In this document: positions 50,480-62,350 of the stretch, piece by piece | Layout of the letters: the number at the start of each line of letters is the position of its first letter | How positions within the stretch are numbered: the stretch's first letter is position 1 | NCBI GenBank assembly: GCA_048127485.1 | Contig: JBHNWI010000006.1 | Span: forward strand, 46,455,358-46,519,357 | DNA from: Solemya velum | Taxonomy: Eukaryota | Direction of reading: 5' to 3' | DNA: 64,000 nucleotides | Made by a program: the position numbers and the translations under genes | The notes under the pieces: generated by a model | The model's database searches: none | What the model saw: the letters and a program-made list of their open reading frames with translations, nothing else | Told to the model about the DNA's origin: nothing

Positions 50480-51060
50480 CAGTATTATGTTCATGCATAC
50501 GAATTTGTGTCATGAGCGCGGATCTCTAGCAAACACGCGAAGAGAGAGACTTGTATCTCTGCATGGTTGGTCGTACAAGTGGGTGGGGCCTATGTATTCA
50601 ACCGAGTCAGGTGCGCGCGTCAGTCAAAATATCACGTGACACGATAACTAGTGTCACACTGAAAAAAACAGTCGAAATAAAGTTTTCCAGCGGTGATGGG
50701 ATGCTGGTATGTGCAATATATATGCAGTAGCCTGCCATATATCCGATCACCCCAAAGAAAATCAGTCATGTCATTAATGTTTCGCCAACAACAGAAGCCT
50801 TTATCTGCACAGTTTGTTTATAATCTTCTCGCCACTGATTGGCTGCGTGCTGACACACCCCAGAGCTGCTGCATTACGTCACCTGCATTACGTCACCGAT
50901 CTGTCTCAGGTCGGTGCCTGCAGAGTTTACAAGTTCACTTGCCAGCTAGCCTTAAGGATAGAAGAGATAACTCGGGCGCAGGTCTACGAATAAAAAAGGC
51001 AAGGGGACTTGTGCTAGTCTAGCAAAATGGCTGTCAGGAACAATTTTCAGCAAGCTCTTA
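50480..51060. promoter_or_regulatory. CpG-rich island with CCAAT (ATTGG), E-box and tandem CRE-like motifs; candidate unmethylated promoter
   Basis: The local CpG density is far above the window background (gtcatgagcgcggatc, caaacacgcgaag, ggtgcgcgcgtcag). The motifs are tcacgtgac (CACGTG), ccactgattggctg (NF-Y-type inverted CCAAT), and ctgcattacgtcac x2 (TTACGTCA). Confidence 0.4.
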
Positions 51061-51649
51061 GGCTTAGTATATTGTAGTACAAATGCATGCAGTTAATCAA
51101 TCTCTAACTAATTGAAAAAAACAATACTGACTGAGGAACATGCTTTATCATTTTTATATTTTTTTTCTGAAAATTGAATAAAAGACAATTAATTTTTTTT
51201 ATTTTTTCTCTGAATCAAGCTGGAAAAAAGCACCCTCTTGTTAAAATTCATTCACAAGAACACAACAAATTCATTGTTCAAGTTTTGTTCTATCTTCATC
51301 ACTGTCACTCTCAGTATCATTCACTCAAATGTATCTAAACTCTAATCTTATTGATCAAACGTTGTCACATGCTATGTACTTGAACAAATCGACACTCTTT
51401 TCACATAGGAGTATAGAGCGACATAACTCGTGATGTTTTCCTGTGAGCGAATTAACTCGCCAGTGGGAATACCGCCTGTGTCATAGGAGCGAGATAAGTC
51501 TTCACTGGAGATACATAGCACACCCAGAGAGCATGTTAAGTTGTCAGTAGTTGACAAAGAGTTATTTTAGTTATCCTTCTCTTGGCATGCACCTCTTCCA
51601 ATATGAAGCTCATCCAGCAACTTTGCAAAACTTGGTAATTATACCCCAC

Positions 51650-51965
51650 GAAACAAAGTTTCGAAGGGTATAATGTTTTTGACGCGTCCGTCCGTCCGTC
51701 AGTCCTGTTTTTTGTTAGTGCAACTACTCTCAAACTACTGAATCAAATTTCCGGAAACTTGGTATGTGGTAAGAACATTATAAGCCGTTGTACATGTTAC
51801 CGGGAAATTTTGATCCCCTCAATTTTGGGGGAGTTATGCCCCTTGAACTCAGTTCACTGAAATACACTACTGAAGCGTCTTGTCCTCTCGGAAAACTGAA
51901 TAGATTTCAGGAAACTTAGTTTGTAGTAAGAACAAAATGTAGTTAGGGCTCTACCACTTAGTGGT
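51650..51965. repeat. Tandem repeat, ~160-bp unit x2
   Basis: '...cgtccgtccgtc.gtcctgttttttgttagtgcaactactctcaaactactgaatcaaatttccggaaacttggtatgtggtaagaacat' parallels '...cgtcttgtcctctcggaaaactgaatagatttcaggaaacttagtttgtagtaagaaca'. Confidence 0.45.
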
Positions 51966-51969
51966 GGCC

Positions 51970-53185
51970 ACCTTATAGTGATCAGTCTGTCTGTATGTCC
52001 ATCCATCCGTCTGTAACAAATCATGTCCGGGCTGTAACTTTTTTGTTCTTTGATATAAGTTTTTGATTTTTTGCATGTAGGTAGATCATATCTAAACCAT
52101 ATGTTGCATCCCTGATTCATAACCTTTGACCTTGAACTTTGACCTCATGGTCAAATCGTTGCTGATTTAATAAAAGAATTCATGCCCCAGCTGTGTTCCA
52201 ATGTTCAGGTTCTTGATATTTTGCATGTAAGTGATGGACTGCCCTATAGTGATCAGTCTGTCTGTCTGTCTGTGCATCCATCCATCTGTCTGTCCTCAAC
52301 AAATTGTGTCCGGGCTGTAACTTTTTCATCTTTTGTTATAAGTTTTTGATATTTGACAAGTAGGTAGACCACCTCAAGACGTTGTGTCGAGTACCATGGT
52401 TTGTAACCTTCGACCTTGTACTTTGACCTCAAGGTCAAATCATTGCTTATTTAATAAAACAATTCGTGTTTCAGCTGTTTTAATTTTTAGGTTCTTGATA
52501 TTTTGCATGTGAGTGATGACAAGTAGGTAGACCACCTCAAGACGTTGTGTCGAGTACCATGGTTTGTAACCTTCGACCTTGTACTTTGACCTCAAGGTTA
52601 AATCATTGCTTATATAATGAAACAATTTGTGTTAGGGCTGCAACTTTATTCTTTGACATAAGCTTTTGATTTTTGGCATGTAGGTAGATCACATCAAGAC
52701 GATGTGTCTAGGTGCATGGTTCTTAATCTTTGACCTTGAACTTCAAGTCCATGGTCAAATTATTGCCTATTTAATGGAACAATTTGTGTCCCGGTTGTGT
52801 TTTAATGTTTAGATTCTTGATATTTTGCATGTGAGGGATGGACTGGTCTATAGTGATCAGTCTGTCTGTCTGTGCATCTGTCCGTCCGTCCTTAACAAAT
52901 CGTGTCCGGGCTGTAACTTTTTTGTCCTTTGCTATGAGCTTATGATATTTAACATGTAGGTAGACCACCTCAAAACAATGTGTCGGGTTCGTAACCTTCG
53001 ATCTTGAACTTTGACCTTGAGGTCAAATTATTGCTTATTTAATGAAACAATTCATGTCTCGGCTGTGTTTTATTGTTTATTTTCTTGATATTTTGCATGT
53101 GAGTTTTGGGAGCCACATAGTGACATCTGTGTGGGTGTGTGTATTTACAGCGGTGCCCACAGAGATGGATTCCAGATCCATAATA
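51970..53185. repeat. Same composite repeat family, copy 2 (~5 tandem units plus the same terminal block)
   Basis: 'tatagtgatcagtctgtctgt...ccgtctgt..caaat..tgtccgggctgtaactttt...tgacctcaaggtcaaat.attgct.atttaat.aaacaatt' recurs ~5 times. It ends with 'tttgcatgtgagttttgggagccacatagtgacatctgtgtgg...ggtgcccacagagatggattcc'. Confidence 0.65.
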
Positions 53186-53379
53186 TCTAGCTGCGCATTT
53201 TACCAGGAATTTTGATTTCCTCTCATATACCTTTTCTGCCCTTTTAAACTTTGATTTTTCATGAAAAATGCTATCGAAACAGTTTGTCAGCACAAGACAG
53301 TGTATTAGAAAGAATATGATCTTATGAAAAAGGCTGTTTTCCAGTTTGGTTTTGACAGTGTACATCTTATATCTTGTGT

Positions 53380-53830
53380 ATAACTGAAACATGGCTATTC
53401 ACTAAATACTCTGATTCCTCTCTGATGATGGATTCATTCAACATGTTAAGAGTTAACAGAGAATCATGTTACAATAGTGATCACATCAAAACCAGTAAAC
53501 TGCCGTATGGAGGTTTGTACTTACACTTCAATTCAATGGACATTACATCCATTACAGGATCATTTTCAACATAAACGAATATAATATGAATTTGTCCAGG
53601 CAGCAGGGCATTCATACTTGATTTTAGTACCTGCTTCAAGTTCTGGACAATATGGATAAACTTCCTCTTGTGATTATAGGTGACTTCAATGTCAATATTT
53701 TGAAAGAACCAAATAACTGCTTATTAAAAGTATTACCATCAGAGGATTTCTGTCAAGTTGTGTATTCACCAACTCATATCTCTGGCTCCTGTATTGACCA
53801 TATATATGTCCGAAATGACAGTTTGTAATG
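53380..53830 (+). mobile_element. LINE apurinic-type endonuclease-domain fragment, degraded
   Basis: ITETWLFTKYSDSSLMMDSFNML... then ...LPLVIIGDFNVNILKEPNNCLLKVLPSEDFCQVVYSPTHISGSCIDHIYV matches the APE endonuclease motifs (ITETWL; GDFN; PTH..G..LD). Stops are present. Confidence 0.5.
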
Positions 53831-55026
53831 CTAGAGTAATTCCTGTTCCATATTCCCAACAAGCTGCTTTTCAAATAAAGATTTAAGATTTAATGATATG
53901 CGTTTAATAGTTTGTATTTTCTAATCAGACATATGTGATTTACCTCACACAGTCAATATGTCGATCATATTTCAACCAGAATTGATTGTCATCAGGAGAT
54001 TCTTATCCTAATATTCAATTAAAATAAGAATGAAAATGGGGAGTGTGTCAAAGAGACAACAATCTTACCAGAGAGAAAAATACAACCTAACTGGAGAGAA
54101 AAATACAGCCAAAGTCAGCTGTATTGTTTTTATTTGCATTATCAATTTATGACAATCTCCAACCTTAAACCTGCTCCTTCATCAATGTGGGGGCGTGGGG
54201 TATGTGAGCGTGCTCACTTAGTTCTTTAATTTATTCAGATATTTCTGTTCTGTGGTATCCTGTGGTATCTGTTTCGCAAGTGATCCACAAATTGCCATTT
54301 GAAATATGCTCTTTCATAGTAAGACTTCTCCATGCAGAGACAATCCAAATGGAGTAGCTGCTCATCTTACTTCTGAAAATTCTGTACCAAATCTGAATTG
54401 GATGCTGGTTCAGGCTTCCCTGTGAATGCATTCTACGCATTGGGTTTGACAATCATGGCCAAGATCTGTGCTAGTTGTCTCTCTGCTGTGGCTGTCTCAT
54501 ATATATTGCACAGAAAAGATGATATTGGATGGCCGGGTAATATCGAATGACATTGTCTTGATTATGACTTCATATTGTTGTTTTGATGAGGTGGAAATAA
54601 TTGTCCTGTATGATCTCTTTTCTTGCACAACATGTTTTATTTTGAGAACTCAGCTGAGACACAGATGATTTAAATTTGGACTGCCAATCTTTCCATTTGT
54701 CACTCCACTGGCCCCAGGAATAAAAGGAAAACCATGTGGCATGTTACTGCTGGAGGTCCAAAGATGCATGTATCACAGTTTCAGTTAGGCTATTTATAAT
54801 TCAATAGGGCTAATCCAACGATAAAAATGGGTTAGAATGTGTCTAATCTCTGTAATCCATGTTGGATAGTGAACTTACTTGTGAACTGTTTGGCATCCAA
54901 TGAGAGAAAGCTGAATTAAAAATTGCAGGCTAATTTTTTTATTGTCATTAGGTAGATTTTCAAGCTCAGTACATTCATATATATATATTGAACAGTTACC
55001 ACACAATTAGACCTGTATGTTAGATA

Positions 55027-56712
55027 CAGTGTGGCCCCGATTTTCCGCAACCCAATTATCCGCGAAATCGGGTTATCCACGGTAAGCTCTTGGCTCCCAA
55101 TTTTTTTTACATGTTTCATTATCTTGGTGAACGAAATCACTGACGAAAACGGCAAAATCGGGTTATCCGCGATAAGATCTTGGCTCCCAATTTTTTTTAC
55201 ATGTTTCATTATCTTGGTGAACGAAATCACTGACGAAAACGGCAAAAAAAACCCCAATCATTTCTCTTGTGTATTTATTTGTGCATTTATGTTCGGTAAC
55301 AGTCTCCCTTTTCCGACTCTACTACGCACTGTGGAATTTGTCAATGAACAGCTCACGAAGCGCGGAAAGATCTAACAAGTAACATGCGCTACATAATTGT
55401 ACATGGTAACTGAACATTAATCTCTTCATTATTGATATTGTATGCCCTAGATGTTGGCGGTGTTAACTGTCGTTTTAATAGATTGTAATCCCTGTGCTAA
55501 TTGAAGCCAAATTAACATTACGTAAACGTCCTCCGGTAACAGTTGCCCTTTTCCGGCTCTATTACGTAGGTTGATTGACCATGCGACTTTTTATAAAACA
55601 AAAGATTCCCGGTCATGCGTAAATAGAGTAACATTCAATAGGAATCCTGTGTTTACTAATGGTAACATACAATCGGATCTCAAGTGTTGTATCCCGTATC
55701 GATGGCACAAGATGAGTTCCCAAATTTGTTCCAAGAAAACCCAAACACGTGGTGTGCCCCGCTGGGATGTCTATTCGCAAACTTTAAATTTAGTTATTGA
55801 ATACGTTCAAGTTGCCATCAACATACCTTTCAATGTAGCTTAACTTGTAAAAACAACTGTGCCTTAGTCTATGTCAATTAGAAATAAATTGCTTTTGGAA
55901 AAACTGTTGAATGCTGTCATAATTATTAATAATCCCTTAATCCCCTCATTATTTGATCCATTCACAACGACAGCTCGCATTACCGATATCAAAGCGAATC
56001 AAATTGCCGTTTTTTTTTACCGCGTGATTATTATGTATGCTGCACAGCAGAACGAGCATGGATTTTACGCGGGAGGAAAGGAATTCTGGGAATACTATAG
56101 ATTCTTTCGTAGTAACCCATGATGCTTTGCAATAACATTTAATGGCGGCTAATACGTAGATTCTCGAAATCGTGTTCCATTACACTGACAAAGCTCTTTA
56201 TTTCGATAAATTTGATAGAAATAACACTTAGGTGATCAGATAATTGGTTTCCTTGTTCAAACCAGAAAGAATGAGAAGGATTAGGCTATGTGTGAGATTT
56301 TTAAAATGGTCAATTCTGTTTGAAGTTGAGGTTAGTGATTCTGCTTTTTCCGTTTGCTATTTCTACTACTAGTATTAGTATTACCGGTGCACATTGGCCT
56401 AGCTGTATTATCATTATTTATATTTATATTTATGACTATGATTTCCTAGTGTAACATTAATCTCAAATCTGGCCACGCCCAATTATTTTTTTAATTTATC
56501 TACGATGAGTTTGTCTTTCAGTTGCACTATGATTCCAGGCATACAGTAACTAGCGTAGCATGGGCATTAGTTATAACATTCACTCGAGCGAACACACTGG
56601 CATTTAGCGACAGGCAGCGTGACCTCTGGCTGTCTCTGTTTTACGCGGTCTCACTTATAGCGCTCAATGATTTTATGGACCCCAAATACCGCGGAGAATC
56701 GGGGCCCCACTG
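55027..56712 (+). mobile_element. Tc1/mariner-type non-autonomous element, copy 2, same family and orientation as 16079-17573
   Basis: The TIR is CAGTGTGGCCCCGATTTTCCGC ... CGCGGAGAATCGGGGCCCCACTG, flanked by TA at 55025-26 and 56713-14. It has two ~120-bp units instead of three, and the internal region is colinear with copy 1 at 85-90% identity. It lies in the intron between CDS exons G and H. Confidence 0.75.
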
Positions 56713-57081
56713 TATATGATGATTCATTTTTGGCAACTTTAGGTCATCAGAATATATCCAACTTTGTATTTTCACTGGACTTTTTCTTCAGAATAATAAA
56801 TCCCCCTCAGGAGCATTTGTTTAAATCTAGCTCCATTACAGGAAGATCAAAATGTTTGAGAAACTTTCCAGTGTTGATTTCTTTATGATTATGTATATCA
56901 GTTTGTGTGAATATTTAAAAACTTTAAGAAAATGCTCTGCATACTGAAATTAATGATGGTTGAGAACATTGACCGTGTGTCATATGCTTATACAGAACAG
57001 CTTGAACAGAAAGTTATCTTCGTATAAGCATAATTAGTTCCGTCATATTATTCTAATAATCAAGGAATATATTTTTTGAAG

Positions 57082-57142
57082 GCTTTTGAAGTGGAAGACA
57101 AGAAATTTCAACAAACACATGCTGCCAGATCAAAACCACCAG
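57082..57142 (+). CDS. Exon H: short linker exon
   Basis: Acceptor ttttttgaag|GC. Donor CCAG|gtaagt. It reads AFEVEDKKFQQTHAARSKPP(G). The phase connects G (0) to I. Confidence 0.45.
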
Positions 57143-57633
57143 GTAAGTTAGAAGCAAACAGTGATAATGAAAGCCTCAGTCATTAAAATTGTCCTGCACA
57201 GCTTTAAGAAGATATTTTCCATTTGACTAAATATTTGTCATGAATGGTCATTGTCACATAATCTCTCACATAACGCAGTTGAAGTTTTTGTATGTGTCAG
57301 ATCTCTAATTTCACTTTGAAAATATTATGTGTGTGAGCTGTTTCATTATTTTACTAAATCAAGAAAGTTATTGACTTCCTAATTTTATCAAGTCTTAGCA
57401 GTTTACACTACCAAATAGTGTGACTAAGATTGGTGCACTAAATGTGACTCATAGGACCAGTATATCAATATTTATTTCGCATTTGTTTAGTATCAGCTTG
57501 TCACAATTGAGAAAAACTCAGCAATCAAAGCATTCAAGTTTTTCAGATGTTCTTTTAATTTAGTGACCACATTAACGTTTTGGGGATATTTCTCAAAGTA
57601 AAGAGATGTTATTTTTAATTCACCATATTACAG

Positions 57634-57786
57634 GTCAGGCAAAGAGGATTGACACCTCCCCAACTTCAGGAGTAAGACAAACGTTTTCTGTTGGTGGTAC
57701 CACTATTGTGGTGGAAGACGGAGATGTGACTCGGGCTACAGATGATGCAATTGTTCTTCTATGGAATGAAAAAAATATGAAGAAAG
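57634..57786 (+). CDS. Exon I: start of a second macro domain
   Basis: Acceptor catattacag|GT. Donor AAAG|gtaatt. (G)QAKRIDTSPTSGVRQTFSVGGTTIVVEDGDVTRATDDAIVLLWNEKNMKK contains the macro N-terminal motif V..GDIT...DAIVNAAN. The continuation lies beyond the resolved region. Confidence 0.6.
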
Positions 57787-60700
57787 GTAATTGAAGATTC
57801 ATAATTTTAATTGTGCCTCTGTAAAATCTTCCAGTGAAACAACATAAAGCTGAAAATAATAAGGTTATGAAGACAAAAATAACAACAAATGGCTGCAGTT
57901 TACTGCTAAGGTTCTATATTAAACATTAAATACAAAAATATGGATAGTTTTAATTCTTTGCATTGTTTGGAACTTTACTTGGATATAAACATGATGAATA
58001 TGGTCAGTCTCCATACTGTTTGTTATGAGCTGATCAATATTTCATTATATCTTTGAGAGTCGGAAAGAGTCTTTGTTCTGTTACTAGATATTCATTTTGT
58101 TTTGAATAAATAAATTACTCACCAAGGGGATTGACTCCCTAAACTTCGCCTTTACTGTTTATAGCAGTCTCAGCTAAACTGACCTAATGAATGAGTAATT
58201 ACCTGGAACTGACTTTAAATGGCATCTTATTTTAATTTTATAGTGGTCCACCTTATTCTTTTAGCTTCGAATTATTTTTTCGAAATAACTTTTGTATATA
58301 TACTAACTTGTTTGGAGAAAAAGATACAGTGAAACTCTTCTAAACTGGGCAAGTTTTGCACTGGACATTTAGAAGGGTGTTCAGTTTAGTGAACTTCGAA
58401 TATTTAGCTGTCAAATTATCTCCTTTTGTATATTTCGAAGTTCTATAATTAGTTGCATTAATTTCAGAGATTTCTGTGGCGTTGTTGTCATCTATTGGGA
58501 GTCCTACTACTTCAAAACATTTTTGAATAGTGTTATCGGTAGTGTTCTCCAATGTGAAGTCTTATGAATGGCATCGTTAATGTTTATCTGTTTGCAAAGT
58601 TCTGATGGTGAGTTGGAGCTGACTTTTGTCAGTAACGATATGAAGACATACAATTAATCAGTGTTCAATCAATTTACTTACCTTGATATCTCCGTACCGA
58701 TCGTAATATATTGTGACCATCTCACTGATGACTAATTATTGAAGTGAAACTCATGATTTAAAGAGAGCACTATGGCGGGGTCAATATCAAAAATGGATTA
58801 CAGGTAATGCATTCATTTATGAAATTAGTTTAGGCCAACTGTCACCATCATTAAACTATCAACAAAAACAAACAGTCAGCAACAATAACAACTAGAGTCC
58901 AATCATTTTAAAAAGACGGACAGGCTATCTTCATTTGTTTTAAGGGTTCTTTCTTCTTTTTTTCAAAACATTTTTCCACCTACAAACCGACATATCTATA
59001 CAAGCAAGCAAGCAAACAAACAAAAACTATCTACTTACCTAATTACCTATACACATAAACAAACCATATGAAAGAATTACATACACAGACACAGAAACAA
59101 GCTAGATAGCTAACAAACATCCAATCATATACATGCATTTAATTCATTTTCATGAAGTCTGGTTACAGAGAATCATCTAAGTAACGCCCACATTGGTACA
59201 AATTCTTTCATTCAAATGATACAGTGTGATGCCACATACGCTTTTTGCACCACATTACATGTTATTTTTGACAGTGCAACCATAAGTAGCTGTAATGCCT
59301 AAGAGTTGTATCCAACACTCCTCCCACAGTAAATGAGAGAGCTTGCTGTCATCTGTTAATGTTTTTACGATCACTATTCATACATCTTTATGCCCTTCAA
59401 AATGTCTATTTATTAATCTGTCTGTCTGTCTGGTACCTTATGCCTGTGTTCAATCAATCGTTTTCTGATGGTCCTCCACACACAGATACACAGTAGCTTG
59501 ACATTTCTTGCAAAGAAGAACATACACCACATTATATGCTACATGTGCATTGGTCCCTGTCGTCTTACCAGTCAAAATAGCGCAACACGCGTCGCAGCGA
59601 CATTTTGCTAAAGGCAGTGCCTTATTGGTCTTCAGATAGACAATTGTATCATATATGTTTCTGTCTCCTCTGTATGCCACTAATGCTATGTTGGGCAACA
59701 ATTTACGCATGTTTGGTTGGTTGGTTGGTTGGATTAATGGCACTTTAGGAGTTAAAAGAATAATTCCACACCTAGTGTTATAAACAATATCGTCACCAAC
59801 AGTTACATAATACTATTTTTCGACAATGTTCTGCTACTCAACGGTCGTATTCTGCAAATATGTATAACTTTCGAGGGAGAATCTTGACCATGTATCGGCT
59901 GTCAGCGACATGTTTACATTTTTTCAAAAGATTGTGTCAACCCATCACAGCAGACTGGCAACCGGGGGCAGCTGAAGTTTCACGCACATTCTGTTCCGCT
60001 CACCAGAAGTGTGTCAAAATGAAACGGCGAGTACTCGCACACATCTGTTTGGAGATTGTGTTTGTGCATTATCTGTTCTGATAGCTGATAGTAAATAATG
60101 AGATTGTGATATTGTTGGGGTTCTGGTGGAATAGACTATACGACATCGTAATGTTTTTGCAGGTGTTTGTGTGTGTCTTTGTTTCAACATAAGCGCAGAT
60201 AGGTGCACGTGGTTCAATGTTTACAGCTACCATTATTTGAGTAACTACAAAAGTTACAAAATGCAAATATTTCATAATGCACTTGGATAAATGTTTTTTC
60301 ACCTGTTTTTATATTGACCTAAACACCCCCTCTCTCATGATACTTATTTTATGTGTTTGTCAATAAGACCTCGAACATCATCAGATATCTCTTTCTCTTT
60401 CTCTCCATTTGATTCAATCACAATGAAGTCGCCTCGTTTGCAATAAAATAAATAGCGACATGACTGACATACTTGTAGAATTAAGAAGACGAGTTTGATC
60501 GAGCTTGTATTTGAGTTGACAACAATCAGAATAGCAGTGTGTTACAGTGAGATTTGGAATAACACCGCGAAGCAACATTTGACATACGTCGTAGACTATG
60601 AAGTTTGACACCTTCTGAGTACGGGAAACAAAAGGATGCCGTGATTAAATGATCACTTCAAGTTATATTAAGGGCATATGCTGGTAAATAGTTCCTACAT

Positions 60701-61799
60701 AGAGTTTCCTTAATAATTTCTACATTCTGTTCCTCAAACATAATGTAACACAAAACTGCAAAAAAATGGGTGGTCACCGTGCTTAATTTTTTGTGAATGA
60801 GCTTACCAGAAATGCAATTTCAGCTAATCTTGTCGATTTTTAAGAAATATCAGTACAACAGAAAAAAGTCTTCTGCAATATATAATGATGCTTCAACAAT
60901 TTCAATAATTGTTATATGCAAAGATTAGGTGTTCAGTGTTGTTTTATCCAAATACAGAACTGGAATAAGCCCTCACAGATAATTTTTCCAGCCAAAAAAA
61001 ACACTTTTACGTCAAAGTTTTTCAAATTTTTTGAAAAAAATATAGTAGATTTTGCCCAATTAAAAAAAAATTCACATACGAAATATTAATGAAAAGTCTT
61101 TGAGAGATGCTCCTATGTGAATACTTGATGAAAAAACAAAAATCAATGGGGGTCACCATACTATTTTTTAATTTATTTTCATTTCAATATCCCCCTACCC
61201 ATAATTCTTCATGAATTACGGAAGGCAAAAATCACAAAATTAGTGTTTTCAAACAGTTACTGAAAAAAGCACCAGTAAAGTATCTACCCTGATAAGGTGA
61301 TATTTATGAGGCTGATACTCAGAAAAGTCACTCTTCACTCTGACATTCAAAATGTTTAGCGATATCAGGGACATTTCGATTCCTTGTGGATATATTTATA
61401 GATGGGCAATTACAAATGAAACTGCGATAATGGAACTTGAAGGTAATAAAGCTTCATAGATTTTATGAAAAATCAATAATGTTAGTGAATTTTGAATGAC
61501 TGCAATAACCTGGGAGTACATATGGAATTCTTACAGTTAGTTGTCCACCATCATATATAAACTTAGTAACATCCAATAGTGTGCAGAAATGTGCAGAGAG
61601 ATCATATTGAAGATTATTTTGACAGCAATTAGAGAAAGCAAAAATGAGAAATATGAGGCAGGATTATATATAGGAAATACATGGTTAGTATCTTCAAATG
61701 AAGGCTTTATTTGGGCGAGGGTGAGAAAACATATAGAAAGCGAGGCTTAGCTAACCGTGTATTTTATTTATCCTGATACTACCAAAACTGAATAATTGG

Positions 61800-62350
61800 A
61801 GGGGGGGGGGCAATCCAACAGTCAATGTTATATACTACGTCACGTCACGTCACTCACGCCTGTAGAAGCCTGTGCTGGATCCGCGTACATACGTGGCTAT
61901 GACGTCAAAGATTACGCGTTTTACTTTATTCGCTCACTGACCGAATAAAGCTTACTTTATTTGGCTACCTATATCCAGTCAATCCGTGCTCCACAATTCG
62001 TCGTCAGCGATGAAGTTAGCATCCTCGGATCGACTAATCTGATCCGATTCCCGTGTACTTCTAGTGTTATCGTTACGGCTAGGCCTGCTTTCGGTTTCGG
62101 CTCTCAACATCTATGCCGCTCATTTCCTTCATCAATTGAGAGCATATTCCTCGCCTCCGCTTCTCTCAAGCTTTCAGAAACCTACCCTTATTGCGTGCTG
62201 GCATAGTTTCAGTGGGGAAAAAACGTTTTGAATCGTTTATGTTACTCTGTTATTGATTTGGAAAAATTCCGCGACAGTTCAATGTAATTTGAAATTATCT
62301 CCCTTAGATGTGCCAGCGTCTTGCGCGATAGCTATCCCCGCGTATGCCTT
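61800..62350. promoter_or_regulatory. CpG island with a perfect CRE palindrome (TGACGTCA) and a triple CGTCAC array; candidate promoter or TSS
   Basis: I counted 10 CpG in 61841-61920. tacgtcacgtcacgtcactcacgcc and ggctatgacgtcaaagattacgcg are present. The CpG-rich sequence continues to ~62350 (gcgcgatagctatccccgcgtatgcc). The flanking DNA is strongly CpG-depleted. Confidence 0.4.

Noticed and set aside
61961-62206. 81-aa ORF inside the CpG island as a first coding exon
   Set aside because: It begins at a TTG, not an ATG. The only nearby ATG frame (62018) stops after 10 codons. I treat the region as regulatory or UTR rather than coding.
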